Shown: piece by piece, positions 7,496-13,733 of the stretch
Layout: the number at the start of each line of letters is the position of its first letter
Position numbering within the stretch: the stretch's first letter is position 1
Origin: Tepidanaerobacter acetatoxydans Re1
Lineage (GTDB): Bacteria > Bacillota > Thermosediminibacteria > Thermosediminibacterales > Tepidanaerobacteraceae
Direction: 5' to 3'
DNA: 24,000 bases
NCBI RefSeq assembly: GCF_000328765.2
Contig: NC_019954.2
Coordinates: 2,339,769 to 2,363,768 of the forward strand
Notes under the pieces: generated by a model
The model's database searches: none
Told to the model about the DNA's origin: nothing
The model's input: the letters and a program-made list of their open reading frames with translations, nothing else
Program-made: the position numbers and the translations under genes

Positions 7496-7550
7496 ATTGT
7501 ATACTAAATATGTGCGATAAGCAAATCATTTTTATATGCTATTTGCTTAT
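7496..7550 (-). promoter_or_regulatory. Putative promoter of the GGDEF gene overlapped by a perfect 10-bp inverted repeat
   Basis: On the minus strand: TTGCTT (7524-7519), 17-nt spacer, TACAAT (7501-7496). The inverted repeat ATAAGCAAAT (7517-7526) / ATTTGCTTAT (7541-7550) has a 14-nt spacer, and its proximal arm covers the -35. Confidence 0.4.
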
Positions 7551-7715
7551 TCAGATATTTACACATAAAGTTGTTGTGCAATAGCCTGTTTTTTAGCACA
7601 AAATTTCATTCTTCCCATAAACTAGTGTCAATTAGTGTCTACAACTATTATATTAAGTACCATCTTTTTTGTATTTTGTTAAGTTATAGGTAAAAAATAG
7701 TAAGTTTCATGCATA

Positions 7716-7758
7716 TAAAAAAGCACCTCGAAAGTAAAATTGTCTACTTCGAGGTGCT
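7716..7758 (-). terminator. Rho-independent terminator directly after the duplicated permease tail
   Basis: Arms AGCACCTCGAA (7722-7732) and TTCGAGGTGCT (7748-7758). On the minus strand the hairpin is followed by TTTTTT (complement of the A-run ending at 7722). Confidence 0.75.
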
Positions 7759-7829
7759 CATAAAATCCACTTTTTTTCTATATTTTTATGACAGAGGTGA
7801 AATAGTAACAAAGTAAAGGTCAGCAAGGC
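7756..7829. repeat. 74-bp direct repeat, copy 2 (orphan permease 3' end fused to the tsaA-like gene)
   Basis: 73/74 identical to 2965-3038. The permease reading frame would read ...HKNIEKKWIL*, but no permease body precedes it. Instead it abuts codon ~125 of the TsaA-like ORF in a different frame. Confidence 0.95.
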
Positions 7830-8203
7830 TTAATATCAAGCACGGGGGTGCCATCCAGCATATCTACTCCTTCAAAAATCAGCCGGTTATTTTCTTTTTT
7901 AATAAATCGGACAATGGACATTCCTATGCCGTTTGGACGGTTGGGAGATCTTGTAGAAAACACGCCCATAATTTTATTGCTTTTGCGGGACAGTGTCGTT
8001 AGTTTATAGCCTTCGGATTTGTGAAAGTAGAACAATACGACGCCGTATTCCCCTTCCTTAATATCAGCTATGCCTTCCACATACTCATCCAATATCTCAA
8101 TAACAGCTGTCGTTCCTTGTGAGAGTGTACTTTGTTTGGCAGCGGCAGTCTTGTCTTTATAAGGCGATCGGATATAGCCGATAGGTTTCATTAAAATCTC
8201 CAT
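7820..8203 (-). CDS. TsaA/YaeB (TrmO) family SAM-dependent methyltransferase-like protein, C-terminus cut at the repeat junction
   Basis: PIGYIRSPY..., GVFSTRSPNRPNGIGMSIVRF, and DGTPVLDIKP are hallmark TsaA-family motifs. The ORF ends VLDIKPC* exactly where the 74-bp repeat begins (7829), so the residues that normally follow VLDIKPY are missing. RBS AAAGGAGG upstream of ATG 8203. Confidence 0.8.
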   Translation of the reverse strand: MEILMKPIGYIRSPYKDKTAAAKQSTLSQGTTAVIEILDEYVEGIADIKEGEYGVVLFYFHKSEGYKLTTLSRKSNKIMGVFSTRSPNRPNGIGMSIVRFIKKENNRLIFEGVDMLDGTPVLDIKPC

Positions 8204-8394
8204 TGATTTCCTCCTTTTTGTGCAACATATTTTATCTGTGCCTGTGTTCGTATTCTGCTATGTTGTTAAACATCAGATGAGGCGCTGCAAGACGGCTTCA
8301 TCCAGCCGTCTTTACTGTATTAACGATTAGTAGTAACTGTCCGGTTTACTCAACTAAGTTAAATTACCATGATGAAAGGAATTAAGGTCTTCCC

Positions 8395-8715
8395 TTATTT
8401 TTTATCATCTCCCGAATACTTTTTATGAACCAATAACATCTCGTTGGTAATATCCCTTAACAATTCCGTCGACATCATTTGGTCTTCAGCATGCATCAAT
8501 AAAAGAGATAGCTCAATTGGCTCTTGAGTTTCCTGTTGCAGCAACTCTCTATGTATCTCATGGGCTTTTAACAGACTTTCGTCTGCACTTTCAATAAGCT
8601 TCTCTGCTGCTTTAAAGTCTTCTTCCCTAGCAGCTTTTAAAGCTTTAAACAGAAATGATTTCGCATCTCCGACATTGCTTATCATTTGAAAATTTAATAA
8701 TTCCATGCCTTCCAT
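8395..8715 (-). CDS. PTS EIIA component, lactose/cellobiose family
   Basis: 106-aa all-helical protein. Has ISNVGDAKS...A and a LLMHAEDQMM motif with the conserved His, typical of ChbA/LicA-type EIIA. Confidence 0.85.
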   Translation of the reverse strand: MEGMELLNFQMISNVGDAKSFLFKALKAAREEDFKAAEKLIESADESLLKAHEIHRELLQQETQEPIELSLLLMHAEDQMMSTELLRDITNEMLLVHKKYSGDDKK

Positions 8716-8757
8716 ATGTCCACCATCTTTCTATATCTGTTGTATCAATTATTATTA

Positions 8758-9723
8758 TTATTTTAATTTTAATTTTAAGGGAGCTGTCCTTGTCTTCATA
8801 TAATTGTGCATCCATTCTTCTGTAGCCACTTGATAAATCGTTTTGTTGTTTTCAACAGTACATGTATAAACAGTTGGCGGCAATTTTTCGGTAGCTACTA
8901 CAAAGGAAAACTCTTTAATATTTGTAGCAGCCCCAAATTCTCCTTTATTGTTTATGCAAACTACGGAGATATCTCCCGCCTTTTGCCTTCTACTTATAAG
9001 CAGGTTAGTAAGTTCGAAGACGGCCTTATCCGCTGCCTCTTGAGGGGCATAACCATCCTTCATCAACCTGACTACTTCATAAGAGATGCACCCTTTCATT
9101 ATATCCTCTCCCAGTCCCGTAGCAGTAGCGCCTCCTATCTTGCTATCTACATAGAAGCCTGAGCCGGATAGCGGAGAATCTCCCACCCTTCCTCTTTTCT
9201 TCATAAAAAGGCCGCTTGTAGACGTACCGCTTGCCATAGAATTGGCCAAGTCAAGAGCAACCATTCCTACAGTGTCATGACCGTCATAGGGACTGAGCCC
9301 CTTATTTACCGTTTCTTTCAATCTGTTTTTATAATGGATAATGGCTCTTTCAGTAAGCATATTCATCCTTTCGAATCCATTTTTATGAGCATATTCCTCT
9401 GCTCCGTATCCTACCAAAAATGAATTAAATCTTTCTTCGCTCAACTTTCTGGCTATGCTGATAGGATTCTTAAAATCTTTAATCGCCGCAACAGCTCCAA
9501 TGGATAAACTATCACCATCCATATATGCCGCATCGAGTTCAACTTCCCCGTTTTCGTTAGGAAGGCCTCCGTATCCGACAGATTTATAGTAAGGAAAATC
9601 CTCTACCATCTTTATAGCTGTTTCAATGGCATCTCCTGAACTTCCTCCGTTAGAAAGCAGCTTTGCTGATTTTTCAATGCCTTCCAAGGCCATTCTCCAG
9701 GTGCCTATGATTGCCCAGCCCAT
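8758..9723 (-). CDS. Ntn-hydrolase of the asparaginase-2 family, glycosylasparaginase-like (N4-(beta-N-acetylglucosaminyl)-L-asparaginase), cytoplasmic
   Basis: Autoprocessing/nucleophile motif GHDTVGMVALD. Also TSGLFMKKRGRVGDSPLSGSGFY and GLGEDIM. The N-terminus GWAIIGTW resembles the Trp-containing sugar-binding start of glycosylasparaginases rather than the HGGAG start of IaaA-type enzymes. No signal peptide. Confidence 0.75.
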   Translation of the reverse strand: MGWAIIGTWRMALEGIEKSAKLLSNGGSSGDAIETAIKMVEDFPYYKSVGYGGLPNENGEVELDAAYMDGDSLSIGAVAAIKDFKNPISIARKLSEERFNSFLVGYGAEEYAHKNGFERMNMLTERAIIHYKNRLKETVNKGLSPYDGHDTVGMVALDLANSMASGTSTSGLFMKKRGRVGDSPLSGSGFYVDSKIGGATATGLGEDIMKGCISYEVVRLMKDGYAPQEAADKAVFELTNLLISRRQKAGDISVVCINNKGEFGAATNIKEFSFVVATEKLPPTVYTCTVENNKTIYQVATEEWMHNYMKTRTAPLKLKLK

Positions 9724-9757
9724 GCTATCGCCTCCGCCTCTATTTATTTTGCTTCAT

Positions 9758-10885
9758 CTATTTTGCCAAATTATATATAGCTTGAGCAAATATTTTGCTG
9801 TTTAATATTATATCCTCTATGCTCATATATTCATTTGGATTATGAGAAATTCCTTTCTGCCCAGGAAAAGAAGGTCCAAAAGGCACAATGTTAGGCATTA
9901 TTTTTGCATAAGTTCCCCCTGTGGTTGTAACTGGCGTTCCATCTAATTTTGTAACCTCTTCATATGCCTTTTGCAGTGATTTAATCAGAAAAGAATTTTT
10001 GTCGAATTTAACAGGGTTATAGTTTAAAAGAAGATTTAATTTTATGTTTTTCGAGAGCTTTGATTTTATTCTTTTTATTATTTCATCGATGCTTACAATT
10101 GCCGGATAGCTTAAGCTAAGATTAAACAGAAATTTAGAATCCTCGATATGAATATTATGGCCCCTCATCTCCATAACGCCAAATTCCGCATCGCTAAAAT
10201 CAATGCCTAATCTATCTCCACAGCTTTTACTAGATAGAATATAATCATTTAAAAAACCGAAAAACTCATCAGCGGCGTTTTTATAGTTTTTGTCATTATA
10301 CTCAATTTCAAATTGAATATTTGCCCTTCCTCTTTCTCCATATACAACGGGATATTTACAATCAGGGGTAAATCCCATTACGGGTGGTTTTTCTTTCTTT
10401 AAATAATATCGAACATCATTAAATCCGCTTTCTTCATCGGTGCCGAATATTATTCTAACTGGCTTGCTCAACTTTAATCGAGATTCTTTAATAGCGTATA
10501 AGGCATATAGCGCAGCTAAAATCGGTCCTTTGTTATCTAATACGCCTCTGCCATATATTTTTTCATCTTCAATATGCCCGCTAAAAGGTGGAAACTTCCA
10601 TCCTTCTCCTGCAGGCACTACATCCAAATGTCCTATAACTCCTATATACCCCTCTTCTTTATCCCCGTACTGAGCATATCCAATATAATTATCTAAATTT
10701 TTTGTTTTAAAGCCTAAATTCTCTGCTATATCTAATGTCACAAATAGCGCTTCTTTTATTCGGTCTCCAAATGGTGCATTATCTTTCGGTTCATCTTTGA
10801 CACTGGGTATATTGACCACTTCTATTATAGACTTCAATAGTTTTTCCTTATATTCATCAATCTTATCATTTAAAACCTGTTCCAT
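9758..10885 (-). CDS. M20-family metallopeptidase, PepV/Sapep-like dipeptidase (short form, 375 aa)
   Basis: GHLDVVPAGEGWKFPPFSGHIEDEKIYGRGVLDNKGP, IIFGTDEESG, and GFTPDCKYPVVYGERG are PepV-type metal and catalytic motifs. It is about 90 aa shorter than canonical PepV. Confidence 0.8.
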   Translation of the reverse strand: MEQVLNDKIDEYKEKLLKSIIEVVNIPSVKDEPKDNAPFGDRIKEALFVTLDIAENLGFKTKNLDNYIGYAQYGDKEEGYIGVIGHLDVVPAGEGWKFPPFSGHIEDEKIYGRGVLDNKGPILAALYALYAIKESRLKLSKPVRIIFGTDEESGFNDVRYYLKKEKPPVMGFTPDCKYPVVYGERGRANIQFEIEYNDKNYKNAADEFFGFLNDYILSSKSCGDRLGIDFSDAEFGVMEMRGHNIHIEDSKFLFNLSLSYPAIVSIDEIIKRIKSKLSKNIKLNLLLNYNPVKFDKNSFLIKSLQKAYEEVTKLDGTPVTTTGGTYAKIMPNIVPFGPSFPGQKGISHNPNEYMSIEDIILNSKIFAQAIYNLAK

Positions 10886-10913
10886 TTTTAAGTCTCCATC
10901 GTAAAAGTTGAGA

Positions 10914-10944
10914 TATGAGGTAGCCTTTGCAGAGCTACCTCATA
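10914..10944. other. Perfect 11-bp stem hairpin between the GrdB-like and M20 genes
   Basis: TATGAGGTAGC (10914-10924), 9-nt loop, GCTACCTCATA (10934-10944). There is no clear U-tract on the minus (coding) strand, so it is not a canonical terminator. Confidence 0.6.
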
Positions 10945-10950
10945 ATATTT

Positions 10951-11472
10951 CTAATAACATATTTTTTTCGCTAGTTCCTCTATATCTTCTTTATCAAACA
11001 TTTTTCTTGCTAAAACACAGATATTGTTCAATGATTCGCTTAATCCGATGCCTCCCTTTTTAGGCATCTTTACAATATGTAAAACATCCTTATATTCTGA
11101 AATAACATCTTCATTTTCTTTTGACATAGCAACTACAACCGGTATATCTGTTTTTTCTTGTATATTTTTGCCAACAACAGCGCACATATATGCATATCCT
11201 TTATAGTTATATGCCGGTCCGCAGATAACTACATCAGGGTTTATTTTTTTCACCATAGCAGTCATTTTTTTAGTTGCTATTTCTTCGTTTTCTTTAAAAT
11301 AATCATTGCCGCAATACAAACAAGCTATAATTTCGCCATCTACGTTTTTAAGATGCGGTTCGATCATGGGAGCTGAGCCTATTGCGCCCCTTTTGCCTCC
11401 AAGGGGAAGATCCGACCTTTCCTTGCCTCCCATTCCTGCTTGTATTTGGTCAAATACCATCAAAACTCTCAT
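10951..11472 (-). CDS. GrdB-related protein (homologous to the N-terminal ~170 aa of glycine/sarcosine/betaine reductase selenoprotein B only)
   Basis: MRVLMVFDQIQAGMGGKERSDLPLGGKRGAIGSAPM... parallels the GrdB N-terminus (RVVHYxNQFFAGIGGEEKA....G.vGPG). IACLYCGNDYFKENEEIA...INPDVVICGPAYNYKGYAYMCAVVGKNIQEKTDIPVV parallels the following GrdB segment. The ORF ends with TAG, so there is no UGA/Sec and no C-terminal catalytic half. Confidence 0.65.
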   Translation of the reverse strand: MRVLMVFDQIQAGMGGKERSDLPLGGKRGAIGSAPMIEPHLKNVDGEIIACLYCGNDYFKENEEIATKKMTAMVKKINPDVVICGPAYNYKGYAYMCAVVGKNIQEKTDIPVVVAMSKENEDVISEYKDVLHIVKMPKKGGIGLSESLNNICVLARKMFDKEDIEELAKKICY

Positions 11473-11517
11473 CTTAACCTTTTAACCTCCAGTTTACTGC
11501 CGTCACCGGCAACTGAC

Positions 11518-12864
11518 TTAAAGATCGTCCAAAGATAAGTCTTCAAATGAAATATCAGCCAACTCATCTTCTTCGCTCTGAGATTCTTCGTCTTTTAGGT
11601 AACTCTTATCAAGTATCTTTATGAACGGGTAGTATACTACACAACCTAAAATCAACAATAAAAATTGGAATGCCGATGCCCTCAAGCTGCCTGTTGACAA
11701 ATATCCTGAGAAACCCAAGGGTGTTGTCCACGGCAGTGAAACACCATTGGTATAGGGTAAAAATCCTGTTTCAAAGGCTATTGCCGATAAAATTGTATTC
11801 ATCAAAGGCACGCCAATAAAGGGTATAACCATTATAGGATTTAGCACTATCGGAAGGCCGAATATGATAGGCTCGTTGATTCCGAAAATGCCCGGCACAA
11901 TCGATAATCTTCCTAATTGCTTAATTCTTTCCGACTTGCACACTGTTACCATAAGAATAACTAAAGAAAGCGTGCTTCCTCCTCCGCCAAATGTTTGAAA
12001 AAGGTCAACAAACTGTCCTGTGTATATATGAGGCAATGGCAATCCTGCTTCAAAGGCCGCCAAGTTTTCCATCGACAAAGTTCTAAATATTGGAGAAAAA
12101 ACTGAATTTGCAACTGCAGGTCCGTTTATTCCAAAGAACCAGAAAATAGAACATGATACAACGTAAACAATTTGTGCTCCTAAACTATTTCCAACCCCCA
12201 TTAACGGAGCCTGCAGCACAGTATATATAAAATTATGTGCAGATTCATATGGTGTAAGCTCAAATCCAATTCTCACCAAGAAAAATATGAACATCACTAG
12301 GAAACTCGGTATTAAAGCTGCAAATGAATCAAAAACAGCAGGCGGCACTCCCTGTGGCAGCTTTATTGTCCAGCCCTTTTTGTATCCCCAGTTGAATATT
12401 TGAACTGACAAAATCGAAACAAGCATTGCTAAAAATATTCCATTTGTGCCTATATAAGAAAAGCTTATAGCTCTTACAAAAGATGGCCCTTCTACGCCTT
12501 CATACGGAATTGCCGTAGGCATTAAGATTATAAAGGATACCAGCGAAACAACCGCTCCTTGTATTTTGTCTGCTCCTATTTCTCTAGCATAAGCATATCC
12601 TATGCCCACTACTGTTAATATTGATATTATATCAAAAGTTGCCCGTGCAACGTTAGAAAAATATGATTCCCAACCTGTTCCAAATATTCTTGCCCAAAAC
12701 TCGGACCAGCCCGGCACCGGAAAGTTTGCAAACAATATAAACATAGAGCCGACAATAATCACCGGCGTTGAAACTAGAAATCCATCACGTATAGCAACTA
12801 AAATCTTGTTTTTGCCCAACATATCCGCAATAGGCATTAGAGTCTTTTCTAGTTTATTAAACAT
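11518..12864 (-). CDS. PTS EIIC component, lactose/cellobiose (chitobiose) family, with acidic C-terminal tail
   Basis: 448-aa polytopic protein with typical ChbC/CelB-like blocks (GINEPIIFGLPIVLNP, FGGGGSTL). It starts 2 nt after the EIIB stop. The tail reads DEESQSEEDELADISFEDLSLDDL. Confidence 0.9.
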   Translation of the reverse strand: MFNKLEKTLMPIADMLGKNKILVAIRDGFLVSTPVIIVGSMFILFANFPVPGWSEFWARIFGTGWESYFSNVARATFDIISILTVVGIGYAYAREIGADKIQGAVVSLVSFIILMPTAIPYEGVEGPSFVRAISFSYIGTNGIFLAMLVSILSVQIFNWGYKKGWTIKLPQGVPPAVFDSFAALIPSFLVMFIFFLVRIGFELTPYESAHNFIYTVLQAPLMGVGNSLGAQIVYVVSCSIFWFFGINGPAVANSVFSPIFRTLSMENLAAFEAGLPLPHIYTGQFVDLFQTFGGGGSTLSLVILMVTVCKSERIKQLGRLSIVPGIFGINEPIIFGLPIVLNPIMVIPFIGVPLMNTILSAIAFETGFLPYTNGVSLPWTTPLGFSGYLSTGSLRASAFQFLLLILGCVVYYPFIKILDKSYLKDEESQSEEDELADISFEDLSLDDL

Positions 12865-12866
12865 TA

Positions 12867-13199
12867 TTATTCTCCCTTCTTTTTGTGATTTTTCATAAGT
12901 AATATTGCTTTCTTTAAAACCTTCTCCCCATCCATCATTCCATAATCAGCGGAATCAATGACTCCAACTGGAACATTATAGTTTACCAGCCTTCTTTTGG
13001 TATCCTCCAACAAATGGCTAACCTGAGGACCTAATAAAACACAATCAGGGTTCTTTTCCTCCATGATTTTTTCTAAGGTTTTAATTGAATGAGCTTTTAC
13101 CTCAAGAGGCAGATTGTGTTTTTCCCCTATATCTTGCATTCTTTTAGCAAGCATGCTTGTGCTCATCCCTTGATCGCAAAAAAGATAAATCTTTTTCAT
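12867..13199 (-). CDS. PTS EIIB component, lactose/cellobiose family
   Basis: MKKIYLFCDQGMSTSMLAKRM carries the phospho-Cys loop (CxxGMSTS). It is 110 aa. RBS GGGAGGTG lies upstream. Confidence 0.9.
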   Translation of the reverse strand: MKKIYLFCDQGMSTSMLAKRMQDIGEKHNLPLEVKAHSIKTLEKIMEEKNPDCVLLGPQVSHLLEDTKRRLVNYNVPVGVIDSADYGMMDGEKVLKKAILLMKNHKKKGE

Positions 13200-13212
13200 C
13201 TTTATTCACCTC

Positions 13213-13247
13213 CCAATTGTTGTAATTATATTAATTGCAATTATTGG
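13213..13247. promoter_or_regulatory. Imperfect 16-bp-arm palindrome in the EIIA-EIIB intergenic gap (candidate operator / internal promoter / RNA hairpin)
   Basis: CCAATTGTTGTAATTA-tat-TAATTGCAATTATTGG, with 13/16 complementary positions. A minus-strand TATAAT (13230-13225) sits at its centre with no recognisable -35. Confidence 0.35.
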
Positions 13248-13262
13248 CTTTTTCTTTTATGT

Positions 13263-13733
13263 TTAAAACTTTGATTTAACATTTGCATAGCTACAAATCA
13301 GCCGGGCTATTTCCTTCTTTGTATCAGCGTTTAACAATCTTTTTACAGCTTCCACATCTCCCAGTGAAGAAAACAGCTGCCCTATTTTCTCCAATCCTTG
13401 TTCTATCTCGTTGCCTTGTGGAATGACAAACATGATAATAAGTTTTACTAAATTCCCCTTTTCATCCCAAATAATAGGATCTTTTGTTTTTAAAACAGCC
13501 ACCGCTGTTCTAACTACATGCTTGGACCAGCCATGAGGAATCGCTAAATAATCTCCTGCATATGTAAAACCTCTGCTTTCTCTTTCATATATATCTTTTA
13601 AAAAACCCGGTTTATCCAAAACAGCTCCTGACTCTACTAGCAACTCCGCAAGTTTATCTATGGCTTCCTCCTTAGAACTTACATTAAAATCTATAAGAAT
13701 ATTATCCTCGGTAATTAGGCTTTTACTTTCCAT
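13263..13733 (-). CDS. PTS EIIA component, fructose/mannitol/Ntr type (PTS_EIIA_2)
   Basis: 156 aa with the DYLAIPHG active-site His motif. ATG 13733 is preceded by AGGAGGGG (6-nt spacing) and overlaps the regulator stop by 11 nt. Confidence 0.85.
   Translation of the reverse strand: MESKSLITEDNILIDFNVSSKEEAIDKLAELLVESGAVLDKPGFLKDIYERESRGFTYAGDYLAIPHGWSKHVVRTAVAVLKTKDPIIWDEKGNLVKLIIMFVIPQGNEIEQGLEKIGQLFSSLGDVEAVKRLLNADTKKEIARLICSYANVKSKF

Noticed and set aside
10886-11472. Selenocysteine read-through extending the GrdB-like ORF into a full-length GrdB.
   Set aside because: The ORF ends with TAG, not TGA. The downstream 65 nt are non-coding, with a hairpin that is not placed like a bacterial SECIS inside an ORF. 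The next ORF is an unrelated M20 peptidase.
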